Translations under genes and position numbers: made by a program
Shown: in pieces, positions 27,264 through 39,850 of the stretch
Layout: each line of letters begins with the position of its first letter
Numbering within the stretch: the first letter of the stretch is position 1
Source of the DNA: Phoronis australis
Lineage: Eukaryota; Animalia; Phoronida
Reading direction: 5' to 3'
Assembly (NCBI GenBank): GCA_002633005.1
Contig: NMRA01000151.1
Location: forward strand, 62,001 to 126,000
Length of the DNA stretch: 64,000 nt
The notes under the pieces: model-generated
Told to the model about the DNA's origin: nothing
Databases searched by the model: none
The model's input: only the letters and a program-made list of their open reading frames with translations

Positions 27264-27607
27264 CCTATGCAGTGCTGCAGTGGTAAAATTACCGATAAGT
27301 AGGCACCGAATGCCCATCGTATTGCTGTAAGCACTGAATTTTAATAGTTCATTGAACTCGCAAAACCTGATTCACAAACATGTAGGCCTATTTTTTGACT
27401 CATGAGTGCCTGGTTATCTACATAGAGTCTACAGTGGCAGATGTTGCATGTCGGAGAAAGAGGATCCAACCACACATATTTGACGGCAAAGGTCCGCGTG
27501 CATTCCAAGAGGTCTCCGAAGGCGGCCCATGCACAATTACAAACTTCAGGAAAATAGGAGTGTAATGCTCTGAAACGATATGCTGGCGGTGACTTTTAGT
27601 CGCCCAT

Positions 27608-27915
27608 GGCGTGTGTTAGCTGAATGGTTAGCACGCTTGCCGGTTTTATGGGGGTCGCGGGTTTGATTCTCGGGTCGGGTAATCTCGGCTATTACTACAC
27701 CTTGTAGTATTTTTACATAGTGTATTGTGGACGATCAGATGCTGAGGACGCCTGTGGTTGACAACTCTGCCAGTCTCTGGACCTGGTTAAGACCACAGGC
27801 GCTCGAATTTCCCGTCAGTCGTGATCGAAGAACAGATAAGTTTACTCAAGCGCCTGTGCCTGTGCCGTGCTGTCCAAGTCAGACGGTGTTACTCCAAAAA
27901 CATTCATGACTGACT
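27608..27915 (+). mobile_element. tRNA-derived SINE-like element
   Basis: A-box TAGCTGAATGG and B-box-like GGTTTGATTCTC at tRNA-like spacing, a ~300-bp body, and a short CATTCATGACTGACT tail. Confidence 0.6.
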
Positions 27916-27918
27916 TAC

Positions 27919-28047
27919 AGATGGAGTAGTAGACCGTTCTGACTTCTCTTGTCTCGATGAGCTGTTAGAATTGAACGAATCTTTTCTTCTATATCTTCTT
28001 TGAGTTCTGCTCCCTGCATCAAAGTCTCTGCTCGTTTGTCGATCCAT
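27919..28047 (-). CDS. ARL14EP-like protein, coding exon 1
   Basis: MDRQTSRDFDAG...ERSTTPS |GTAAGT, with an upstream in-frame stop. Phase 0 matches the next exon. Confidence 0.6.
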
Positions 28048-31000
28048 GTCCGTCCTTTAAATTCGGAAGTTAACCAAAATCGTATCTCACAGGCAGGAGA
28101 GCAGCTCCCTCAGAGACATCTGTTAGATTATCAACTTGTCGTTAATCAACACCTCACTACACAACAAACCTAGCTGTGTGAACATCAACACATATTTTAC
28201 GCTAGTTTCACAAAGATGGTTTAGGATTTTTACGAATCAAATACATAGATCACGAAAATAGATGTCACCAAATTCGTCATAAGTTCCCTTGCCGGACGGT
28301 TCATTTTCCAGTTTTTGAAGCGCCTGCNTACCCTGACTTTACCAAATACTACGCCAACGCAATTAAGATTTGTGATATATCACAAAAGCCGTGAATCAAC
28401 CTTAGACCACTGAAAAAATGATCGTGCAAATTAAAATTACAACTGATTCCAGAAAAGTTATACAGTTAAGGTCTTCGGACTCCGATAAGCCGCAAAACTA
28501 CACAAATCAGAATCTGAGATGTCAATTCTAGATAAAAATCTGTTAGTGCCTAATACTTTGTGGTGTTATTCGAAACTGGAACCAAAGAAGTCAAAAGTCT
28601 GAAGCGAAACTTGGCAACGAGTGCTTTTCTTCCCACCTGACGCGAGGTCGGGTACTACGTTCAGACAATTCTCCCACTAACTGCCTTCATACTTTGGTTT
28701 TCTGTACATTTTTGGAATAAGTTGGGTGTAAATAAGTCTATTGACTTTTTGGTGACAAATTGAAACTGAGTTAAATTTTGTGCAGTACGGATGACTCATT
28801 AGCATCTGTTCCTTCAATGTTCGTTTGGCTACAAAGTTTTTGACTCACCAAGACCAAAAGGTAAAGTGAGGGTGGAGAAAAGCTATAAGTTGCGCAAAAA
28901 TACCGATCAGACAAAAATATAACGTCAAAACCAAACATGTCATAAACGTATATTTCACCCTTTTTGTACTAGGCTCTGTAAAGTACTGGACTGTTATCAA
29001 TTGGCATTCAAGTTACGGTTGGATTATGCCAGAACCTTCGTGAAGAAAATCTCTACACTCAATAGGGTAGCATTTAAAAACATACTTCTGCTGCAACAGA
29101 AAACACGGCCTCCAAAACAAGTTGTACATTGTTTTTTTTTTTGGTTAAATGTGTAGATAGTTATGAATACGATATTTTTCCACGAATTAAAATCAGAAAA
29201 TTTAAGAGACTTTATAAAAGACTCGATATCAGTCATTTTGCAACCATTGTATCGGAAGTCCCGAATCATATTGTTTCAACTTACTTTATCCTGTTTATCA
29301 TGCAAAATGAATTTGAAACACCTACGCTTCAGCTATTCAACAACTTCCAGAGTAGATGATGTTGAATGAATCACAAGCTTAGGACGGTAACTACCCTGAG
29401 CCAGTTCTGTAAATTCTTAAAAACCTCTTTATTTTTTATCGAGAAATTAAGATTAATAATTGCAGTAATGTTAGTGCTAAATATTTTACTCGTACAATCG
29501 TAAAAAAAGGTTTTTTTACCCAAGAGAGATTAATTTCTAGACGTCAGGCGCACCCCTTCCTATTTGCAATCCAAGACTTCAATCCCGAATACTTATGGAA
29601 CTCGTCCAATATACTCGCGGAATGTCTCAAGGAGTTGTTGACGCGTTCAACAAGGACAGTATCATCTGCATATACTGCAGAAGTTTCAGCTAATAGTTAG
29701 AAGGAAGCTTAATTCCCTTCATATTACTATGTTGTCTGTACATAATACCCATTATATATAAGTATGGTGACACTAGACCGCCTTGACGACAACCGCGGTG
29801 GACTGTTTGAAATATTCTCATTTTTTTACACAGAGATTAGCGTTGGTGCTTAACAACCGAATCCAGTCAATGGAACTTCTTCCAAAATTGAAAAACGACA
29901 TGGTGTTACATATCATACTCCATGAAACCTAATGTCTTCGCCTACGAATCTCCTTTTAAGCCTTTTTGATTTTCATGAACAATCTTAATATACTAATACG
30001 TTACGCTATAAACCTGGACAATATTTTGTAACTGGTGTAATGCAGGGCTATAGGTCGCCAATTATTTTAAATTTCCACGTATTTTTTACGGCTTAGGGAT
30101 AATAGAAATTAACCCTCGAATTTGACTTAGGGCCATGGAAACTCAAAACTCGAGCTCAAAGACTTCATCAAAAGTATAAACAAATCAGTCCAAACGAATT
30201 TTAAAAACTCCACAGAAAACCCACCAGGGCTTGGTGTTATGGCATTTCTCATTTTACCAGTTCATGACCTACCAGTATGTGTAATTTCGCCACAGGAGTT
30301 GTTGGTGTTTGTTCTCCCCGCGAAATTATTATTTTATAACACAGTAGCGTGTGTGCAGCTATCTCGAAGCTTGTGGTCGAAGCCAGAGACTGAGTCGATT
30401 TTAAAATAGTTAAGCAGATGTTTCGGAAATACGCAAGCAATATGTTTTGATATAAAATTTTTTGTTTATTTTGACAAGATACTATATTTTTGGATCGCGA
30501 TTTCAATCAATGACTATCATTTAAAGACTTTCAGGGATAATTTTAGGAGCACGCCCCGCGTTATTGGCCAAACATAATTCCATTGACGCAATATGATTGG
30601 TCAGCTAGGACCAACCAGTCCATTAAAATTGGAAGTGAAAAAGTACAAAAAAGATAACCCACAGGTATCCAAATTAACCTAGAGATTTGAGACTGAGTTT
30701 CTTAAATTCACCCATAACTAGGGTTTCAACATGACCCCAGGACTTTGTTGGTAACAAACCGCATTAGCACAGAGTGAAGAACAGCTTTAATGTAGTGCTT
30801 GCTGAAAGGGAACTAGGTATGGACGATTAAAACACACGCACGCACACATATACTGGTTCGAAACGACCATGAATCATTAAAAAGACGCATTTATTTAAAA
30901 ACTAAGTAGTTGTATTGATTCTTTATTACGGTAGTGCAAACCGAACAGTCCTTTTAATTTAAGGACTATACGCATAAAGGCTGTTCACTCTTTCGTACTT

Positions 31001-32286
31001 TAAAAACAACCTTTAGTGAATAATTAATAATTCTATTTAAAAGTGCATCATAAAACTTTTGACATGTTTCCGAAAATACGCCCCCTTTCCAAAAATACGC
31101 CCGGGCGCCGCTATTCAGTTTCATTTGAGGTTTTCGAAAAATCGTTTTCCCAATATCCGCCCATGTGGCTATTTCGTAAACAAGGGTCAAAAAAAAAACA
31201 CCTGGGGTCTTTCGGGACCGTCCTTTATACATCTGGAAACCACGGGATAAAAGTATGGAGAATGGGGCAAAAAGTCATTTTATCACTGTTGGTCCTAGAG
31301 GATAGTCAGTTGAAAATATTCAAGTTAAAATTTGTTGACGAGCTGTCAACGAAGGCGTGGCCGAACCTCGAAGTGAAATCTACCTGGCTCTTTAAGACCA
31401 CCGAAGTTAAATTCGACATGTAGAAAGAAAAGCCAGTCACCACCTTCACTTGACACTACCATCCAGCTAATTTTCTAATCTCACATGCATGTCACTGCGA
31501 CACCTCCTCTTAGTCCCACTCCAGTATGAGCTCCTTGTAGAAAACAATACAAATTTCCAAACGAGCCCTCCCATTTTCTTAGACAGTTTCGGAGGTTTCT
31601 TGAGCCTTACAAAATCAGTTCGGGAAGAGGCAAGACTCCGAAAGAGCCGTGCGGAGTCTATTTCGGAAATGCCCCCTCCCTCGTAGTCCAACTGCACCTG
31701 AAGTTCGAGTTTTCGGTGACATGAATTAACCGCGTAAACTTTGTGCTTTACGATTTGAAACTTGAGCTTTTTCTGTCTGCCAATGTTTCAGTAGCACGAA
31801 CGTCAGCTGCATCAACACAAATTGTAAGATTCATTTCAGCACCAGACCGGAAAAAGACCGTGATAGTAGAATCGTTATGTTAGACCCAATAGAAAATCCA
31901 ATTGGATGCCTATACAATTCTACAGGAAATGCCATGACATGGGAAACCTTAAAGGCGAAGGCAACCTTTGTCCATGTCATTTTGAGCTAAAATAAGGTTG
32001 GTTGGTTATCCTAGACATATTTTCCACTTAATTACAGGTTTTCGTAATTTTATTAATTACTCGTCCGCTACTCCGGAAGTGACGTTTTAGGAGGCAAGCG
32101 TTTCCCGCCACTTGGTTTTGCGTTGACTTTACCGTGCGAATCTGTTCTATTCTACTTTTGTTTTGTGCTGTTTTTCAACAATTGTCGCCACCTTTTTCCA
32201 TTGGCGAGTATTCTGCGGCAACATAGGTTAGTAGAGAACTCAACTACGTTGGATTTAGGGATTGTTTAGTGTGTTGTAAGCTGAAA

Positions 32287-32682
32287 ATGGCTGGAGTCGG
32301 TGACCCGTATCACAGTGACAGTAGTGTGAGTGACGGAGACCTTGTTCACAGCAGTGGTGACGAGGAATTTTTTCACGGACATTCAGTGGGTGGGTACATG
32401 TTTGAGCCCGAGTATAACGAGGCAGAGTACGCACAGGCACAGGCAGCTGTTGAGAGAAACGAGGCGGCTACTGAGGACAGACGTGGTGACACATCTTGGT
32501 GCAAATGCACTGTGTGCGTTGTTATGCCTACCTCAATGGAATGCTTGTGCTGTTCAGAGTTCGACGAGGCCAAGCCACTACTGGACATGGTTAAGTGGAC
32601 CTCCGGCATACCACGGACAGAGGAACAACTGTCCCACTTGCCAGAGTGTCCCGCGACACACTCCCACTGGATGGTGACCTGA
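32287..32682 (+). pseudogene. KolX-like accessory protein, 5' part (Cys-rich, P2X7 C-terminal 'ballast'/nanor-like Zn domain)
   Basis: YMFEP...RRGDTSWCKCTVCVVMPTSMECLCCSE matches the PY.FEP / W-C-x-C-x2-C-x2-M-x4-E-x2-CC pattern. Homology ends at about 32590, after which the frame reads the antisense strand of the transposase. Confidence 0.75.
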
Positions 32683-33384
32683 GCACCCAAACTGCTTACA
32701 TCGTGTCGTGTGACTCCCTCGCCACACACCTGGCACCTTCTAAATAGCTCCAACACTTTAGACAAGTCCACAATAAACTTATCAAAGTTTGGCTCACCGA
32801 TCTGTTCACTGGACGACGAACTGTCCTCTTCACTGGGTGTCGAACTGAGCCTGTAATCACTCCCACTACTCAATATCGCTGCAGGGCTGCTTAGAGGCTC
32901 TGGGCTGGAGAAAACAGCACAGGGCGAATCACTACTGGTTCCAGGAATTGCACGCTCTGGAGTACGTTCGGAGTCACGGGTGACAGTAGATGAAGTGCCT
33001 CCACTGGCTCCAGTCACTGTACTGGCCACAGCTCGCGAGGCTTCTCGCTTCAAAAACGCACTTCTCGGGGGTGGCGACGGGGCACTGCCGGGAATCAACA
33101 CAGACGTAATGGCATCCTTCTTCAGGCGTTGTTTAGCAGGGACCTTCATAAGTTCAGCGTACAAATCCCTTTCGTAATCGGACGGCAGAAAGTGCTTGCC
33201 ACACACACGGTAATTCTCCACTGCTTTGTACGTTGCGTGGACGGGTAACGCTGCGTTCACGCATCACACGAACGAGCCAAGTACGGCGAAGTGTGTCATC
33301 CATCGGAAAGCGATGCAAAGGTACTCCCAAAGCGCGCGTGAGCCGATAATTAGTACATTCCGGTATGCAGCAACAGTGTGGCAT
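32590..33384 (-). pseudogene. Kolobok transposase N-terminal part (THAP domain + Cys/His finger), frameshifted and lacking the DDE core
   Basis: MPHCCCIPECTN...LHRFP...RRTW (33384-~33260) continues in another frame as RVCGKHF...LKKDAITSV, completing a THAP domain. A S/E-rich linker follows, then KFIV...LFRRCQVCG...WECVAGHSGKWDS...GMP, where it is truncated. Confidence 0.8.
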
Positions 33385-35438
33385 GTTGCCTGACTAGTAA
33401 ATGAAAGCAAACGACGACGGAACTTAACACAACCGAGGTAGAACAATGACTGACTCGGCATCTCTCACAGTCAGACTATATGAAAAGAAATTGGCGCGAA
33501 ATGCTTGCCTCCTAAAACGTCACTTCCGCAGTAGCGGACGAGTAATTAATAAAATTACGAAAAGCTGTAATTAAGTGGAAAATATGTCTAGGATAACCAA
33601 CCAACCTTATTTTAGCTCAAAATGACATGGAAAAAGGTTGCCTTCGCCTTTAAAGATCGCATAGGATTTCTTACAGGAAGTATCAAAGGATCTTATAGGA
33701 GATCCTTCAAGATATTTGGATAATTTCTCCTATAGAATATCCTATAGTAAATCCTCGGAAATTTGGCGATCCACCAATCTAGGATGATCGCGCGCGCTCA
33801 CTTGAACCACTCAGTGAATGTCGAGTAACCCATTCTATTCGATAGGAAACCAATGTCAGTAACTAATTTGTATCATCTCATTTTGCCGATTTATAGCTTT
33901 GGTGCACTAATAACATCAAGAAATCATAACAATTCCTAAAACTCGTTTTTCGACGAAAACCATTTGTGAACCTGAAAGCAGACTATGCTCTATATTTCAT
34001 TCAGCGCACGCAAGTAAAACATGTTGTTTAGCGCTGCAGGACATGGTCGTCGCATTTCAAACTCCACCAGCTCAAGGTAACCCGGAACGAATTCTCAGCT
34101 CTTCTCAAGCCCAGCTTTCGTGCAAGGTCAGTAAGGAATAAGTCCGGGTCAGCCTTAAAACAATCAACTTGTCTAAATCGACCAACGATAAAATATCCCG
34201 GGAATTGATCCTTCAGGCCTACAATTCATGAAGACAAAACAAATTCTTTTGAGGTTTTGTACTTTTTATTTGAACTTTTCGTAATAATGTACAAACAATG
34301 ACTGAAAATAGCGTCTCTGAATGACATATGACCTCGTTTAAATTTTGTTGTAGCTAATTAACTTCAAAAAGGAAAAAAAAACAAGTCTATAACACTAGAG
34401 GAACGAGTTGATGGCATGATAAGACATGGCGTCACATTTGCTCAAAGCGATCATCCCATTCATACACATGAAAGAATTAATGAACAAGAGACTAAGCCAC
34501 GCTTCATGATTCTACATGGGCAGTTTACTTGCCTTTTACACAGATGGAAGTTTAAAAATATTTGAATAAGTACAAACAAGATGTCCAGTTTTGCTGAATT
34601 AAACAATAATTAGGTTTTCAAATGCACAGGTCATATTGGTTATGATCCACTCAACTATCCCTGTGTAAGCCTTGACAAATTTTTCATCACTAACTAATCA
34701 TTTTTATATTTGATTTTCAGAATGGAAGTACTTACCATCAATTTTCTATGATCTATACACAATGCTTATGACAAGGCTCATGATAATGATAGACAATTCA
34801 AAAGTTTTCTTTTATTCATGTAACCCAAGTGCATTTATTACAGACAAACTCAGTACCTTACTCTAAGTTCAAGTGCACACACAAACGGAGTATGTAAAAT
34901 GCCACTCTTTAATACTGTGACAAATACAACACATTCGCTCAATAACAATTGTGAGTAAAATTCTGAATGCACAGGCTTGGAGTAAAACAAGTAAAACCAA
35001 GAAAATTCCAAAGCAAGATTGTTATATCCAAAAATGAGCTTCCTTTTCCGTGCACTGTCTGTAGAATTGAAATTTACTTGGCTTTACAACGACAAGCACA
35101 AAAAAAGACGAGAAATGATAGAAACAATCACACCATTGCACAAGTTGTTAACAGGATTTGAAATGTGGATTGCCCACGCATGGGACAGGCTTGCATCAAC
35201 CAATCACGCTTTCGTCCGACATTCAACAAAAGTATTCTGCAGGCAGCGGACTTGCATGCTTAAAATTCACTACGTTCACCCCGAAAGTTAGCAACTTCAC
35301 CAGACTAAACATGCGTTTGCAAGCAAGGTAAAGGCACTCTCGTATTAACTGTCAATTTCCGCCTTCACATCTTTTGCTTTTTTGTTTTTGCGTTTTTCCT
35401 TTGTTCACACACCCATGCAAGCGTTTACGCTCCCCCGG

Positions 35439-35596
35439 CTACATGTGATACGGCGAAGCGGAATAGTGCATTGGAAAAAAGTGCTGGAATGCTGACACGG
35501 GCGAGGAGTGGCACACACTCATCAGGGGGTCTTTAGGGAACCAGCTTCCATCGCCGCCCAGGTGATAGGTGTAATGATACGTGATTGGTGCGAATA
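35439..35596 (-). CDS. TENT4B: Putative alternative last coding exon of TENT4/PAPD5
   Basis: A strong pyrimidine tract precedes tgcag|. In phase 1 with the donor at 37868 it reads VFAPITYHYTYHLGGDGSWFPKDPLMSVCHSSPVSAFQHFFPMHYSASPYHM*. Confidence 0.5.
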
Positions 35597-37779
35597 CTGC
35601 AAGCAGAGAAAGAGAGAAAACAAAAGGTGTTACTCACCCAGCCGGGGAAAACTAAGTCTGAATGATTAGAGCGATCACACAAGTGGAAAGGTTATGAAAC
35701 GGAAAAACATACTTGTTGAAGAAAGAAAACCAATCCCATCCGAAAACGGCAAAGGAAGGAAAAATACAAAATCTTTGAAAACGAAAACGCATGCGCTGAC
35801 AATAGTAGTAAGAGTCAGCATTCTACTCTTTGAGAAGACCAAACTTTCAACAACACAGCATGTCAATAAAGAGACAGAGTCAAGGGTTGAAATAAACCAC
35901 AGAAATAAACATGCATATACCCACAACTGCACAAATAAAAAGCAAAGCTGAGTGTGAGATCTAACAGTTTGTTTAGAAGTAAGCAGAAGCTCTGTCTTCT
36001 TCCTAAATGCGCCGTTCACAAGGCAGTCCGTCAGTCTGTCCTCACCATTTGACCTCAGTCGCATTTAGGAAGAAAAAGGTGGGTCAATCAGTCCATTTGG
36101 CAGTCAGGTTTAGGGAAGTGCAAGGGGGGGAGGAGGGGATTCACGCAACAAGCTTGATAGTGAACAGAAAATCAATCCCTGGATTTTCCGCCATTGCAAT
36201 TGACAGAATATTGCAACTTAAACTGTGCTTTTCTATCCATGTCTCGATATCTAACTTTTTCTTTTCTTTTCAAATTTCTAAACCACATCAATAACACAAT
36301 ATCACATCTGTCAGTCACAGGCATACATACTGTCACAACAGTCATACTCATATGCAGACAGTTCTTAACAAACAACAGTAACTGCTATTAAATCTAGCCT
36401 ATGCAAATTGTGACTTCTTGAGGGAACTTTCATATTGCACAGGTAACAGCACCAATATTTGACAAATGCTGTGCCAAAATTCTTTGCGACCAGCAAAATA
36501 AATCTCGATCATTTAAGACTGTAAGAGAGGAACGTGAACGGCAGCACACGTTCGTAATAACAAAATGCACTGTTTGTAGCTAGTTTCGCTTTTATGCACT
36601 CGTCTGGCAGTTGCTCAAAACCATTTGGTCGTAAAACTGATGTTTTGTGCACTCGACATTTTGTGACATGGGTCATCAACAACATATCGTATTTAGTCAG
36701 AGGTAGAAGTACTTGTACCTGAACAATGCGTGAAAATTCCCAAAAAAACGGAAATACTTATCTACATCAACATGTCAACATACAGTGTGGCAGGTGGCGT
36801 CACACGAACATAAATACTTAACAACTTATGGTGAACACTTTGTGAATCTTCATAAAAGGATGCCGTAGATGTTACTTGTTCAAAGACAAAAGGCAGACCA
36901 GTGAAAAGTACATTTCCTCTAGGCGCATCAACAAGACCACAAAAGGCCAATCGAGACTATGCTTAAACCAGATAATCGTTCTAAGTGAAATAGTTATCAA
37001 CATTACAAGAAGACCTGATAACATCATTTTTTGCCACCCACTGACTGAAAGTAGTGACTGAAACAAGGAAATGTACATATCACTGTAACTAATACGTGGA
37101 CCAGTGCCCACAGCACATAATACCTGCACTCTTTATGAAAATTGTAGACTTGAAAGAAATAATAACTCCCAGTTCACTGCTAAGCCCAGTCGTAAAACAG
37201 TGACCTCTAGCAACACGGAAGTAAGCTAAAATAACTGATCCTATATGGCAACATGGAAATACTGATACAACACTTTCATCGTCCACAAATGAAGATTCCA
37301 ACATATGGTAAATACAACCTGAAGGATCCCATTCCTCGTACATACATGTTCACAGAATTTATACAACTGGTAAGTGATCATAAAACAGCGGTACTACGCT
37401 AGCATAAAGTCAATAGGATAATCATTAGGCAGATTGCACGATGAAATATCTTGGCCAAAAATTGTGTTGTTGACCTTGAAACAGGTCGTATACCTTTTAG
37501 CTAGACTTTTGAGATTGAGATCCTAAACTGAGGCCCACATAACACATGGAATGCACTGTCGACACCATGAGTCCATGCAGCCAGCAAGTGCGGTCATTGC
37601 ATGTGCTCATAAGTCTCCTCACCGCCCAGAAAAGTTACGCACACACAAACCCAGCACTGAAAGACTATTTACACATGACGACTGTTGTCCATCGAAATCC
37701 GAAACAAATTCGGTGTAGGCACTGAAAAGTGTCACATAATATTTGTCATTGAGACTGGTTGACCAGCAATACTGCGTTG

Positions 37780-38193
37780 TCAACGCTTTACGTTGTTGTG
37801 ATTGTTGTCCTTGCGCCCAGTGCTCTGTTTCCGTCTCTTGCCACCTGTCTGACGACTATGAAACTTACCATTGACCTGCTGCTGCTGCTGCTGCTGGGAC
37901 TGCTGTTGCTGCGAATGGTGCTGGTTATGAAGCGACGTGTTGGACTTCGTCGTCGACTGAGCACGAAACGTCCGGCTGTTTGGCCATGATGGAGGTGCTA
38001 CTGCCTGCTGCTGCACATTGCTGTTGGAGTTGTTAGTTAGTGGCGCCTTACGATGGCCACCCTGTGAGTCTGTGCTGGTATCTCGACTGCGTGGTGTTGA
38101 TGCAGTGTGTGCTGTGCCGGATGAACTAGATTTGGGAATGTTTTTGCCACTAGACAAAGAGCTTTTCTGTGACCCCGGAGTGCATTCAGAGTC
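37780..38193 (-). CDS. TENT4B: TENT4/PAPD5 terminal exon (polyQ + basic tail), with an internal donor at 37869/37868
   Basis: ttacag| DSECTPGSQKSS...QQQQSQQQQQQQVNGKFHSRQTGGKRRKQSTGRKDNNHNNVKR*. Confidence 0.75.
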   Translation of the reverse strand, partial: DSECTPGSQKSSLSSGKNIPKSSSSGTAHTASTPRSRDTSTDSQGGHRKAPLTNNSNSNVQQQAVAPPSWPNSRTFRAQSTTKSNTSLHNQHHSQQQQSQQQQQQQVNGKFHSRQTGGKRRKQSTGRKDNNHNNVKR

Positions 38194-39144
38194 CTGTAAG
38201 ACACAAATTGTGACATAACTAAGGGCACCAAAACTGACAATGCATGCACCAACTTTAAATTCATCAGAGATCAGCCATTTGTTTCAATACGTTTGAGGAG
38301 ATTCTTAACATTCTGCCAACAGTTCAGGGTAAGAAATTCCTAGGCTTCATATGCAAGTCCTCAATACAAAGGATTAGGACCGTGACTCCCAAACTGTAAT
38401 CCAGACTGGACATGGAAAATTGATCATTACCTTATAGTTAGTGCAACTAAAATTGATCATCATCTTATAGTTAGTGTAACTAAAAATCGGAGGTTATATT
38501 AAATCTTACTTAAAGCAAAATCTGAGAAATAAATGACATCTTGTTGAGAGAGGGCTTAATTCAGACCCGAAATGGATGATCGCAAAAAAAAGGTTTATAA
38601 ACTTGAACCTTTCTCTAAAATGAAAACATCAGAATGAACGCTCCATTATTTCACTGTTTCACTTGAGGCCAGAGATACATTATACTGTAATGAGATCGCA
38701 CATGCTTCGCTCCTCTGCATCAATTCATCAAAGAAAAAAAATGTTTTCTACAAATTACATTTTACTAACGATTTTGTTGCAAACAGAAGTACGCTCAAAC
38801 ATCAAGTATATCAAAATACACGAGTTGCAATATGGTGACAATAAGTTTATAGCCATAACGTAGTAAGTCAGTTTTACAGAAGTGGGGTGCATGTGACAAC
38901 ATGGGGTCTCATTTTTAGGTTCACCAAAGATTCCGTAGTTAAAGATAACTAAGAACATAATTATTGCTTGCAGTGACAAGATTTAGCAACAAAACAATTC
39001 TGCAAAGTCATGTTTCAAAAGGCTACCTTAAGTTGAGTGTGGAGAAATACTTGGTAGTCATGAGGTCCTGTACATTCCAATGTGTGTGCGTGTGCATGCG
39101 TTGAGCTGGAACTTCTTGCTGAGAATAATGTATGTACTACTCAC

Positions 39145-39271
39145 CGAGTCACTAGCAATGCTGGAACAGGAGCTGCTGGCCGTGGAGCTAGACGTCGACT
39201 GATAGACGGAGCTGCTACCGCTAGAGTCATAATTCTCACCCTTCTGCATGTGACATGTGATTGCCGAGTTC
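39145..39271 (-). CDS. TENT4B: TENT4/PAPD5 exon (Ser-rich)
   Basis: ...ENYDSSGSSSVYQSTSSSTASSSCSSIASDS |gtgagt. The acceptor was chosen for phase compatibility. Confidence 0.7.
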
Positions 39272-39670
39272 CTGCAAGATGTGACACAGGGATGAGCACA
39301 CGAGCACCAAATGTTGCTGCAGGAGTTCACTGAAGAAACACCCACCAAACATTGAGGTTTTAGTTGCCAACAGAGAACCTTCTCTAAAGTAACGGTAACC
39401 TGTTTAGTGGCAGTCAAGACCAATTGGAAGTAACAAGGCAATCCCAGACACAATGTATTCCTCATCAAGGGTGATAGTTCATAATCTTTACTATAAACCA
39501 ATATTTAAGATGATATTTCCAGTAAAATGTTTAAACAGAGACTTTAATGAAGTGGGATATGATTAATCACACAAATGTCATAAAATATTATCCTTATCCA
39601 GAGGCAACACATCAATAAAACGGCTTTTCAGTGGTTAAACAGGGAGGATGACCACAAGTGAAATGTTTAC

Positions 39671-39850
39671 TTTGTAGGCTGATCTCTGAGCTGTGCACTG
39701 GGAGTTGCCGTGGCGACGCTAGCATAAGTCCGCCCACTGGCATTGGTGTTGACATTGATGGGTTTGCCAGTTGGAATGGCAAAGTTGTCGTGTATCCATT
39801 TCCTGTACTCGACGACTTCATCAGTGACACGCACGATGCGACTGAGAATA
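39671..39850 (-). CDS. TENT4B: TENT4/PAPD5 exon
   Basis: GILSRIVRVTDEVVEYRKWIHDNF...; phase 2-2. Confidence 0.85.

Larger units (their letters stand above)
31953..33649. mobile_element. Kolobok DNA transposon, internally deleted
   Basis: TTAA TSDs (31949-31952, 33650-33653), AG...CT termini, 158-bp near-identical TIRs (31953-32110, 33492-33649), and two convergent genes. Confidence 0.88.

Noticed and set aside
27608-27685. tRNA gene
   Set aside because: It has A/B-box-like motifs, but I could not fold a convincing cloverleaf and it continues into a SINE-like body.
32373-32590. C-terminal part of the 295-aa minus-strand ORF as genuine transposase sequence
   Set aside because: It is the antisense reading of the KolX-like gene beyond the deletion junction.
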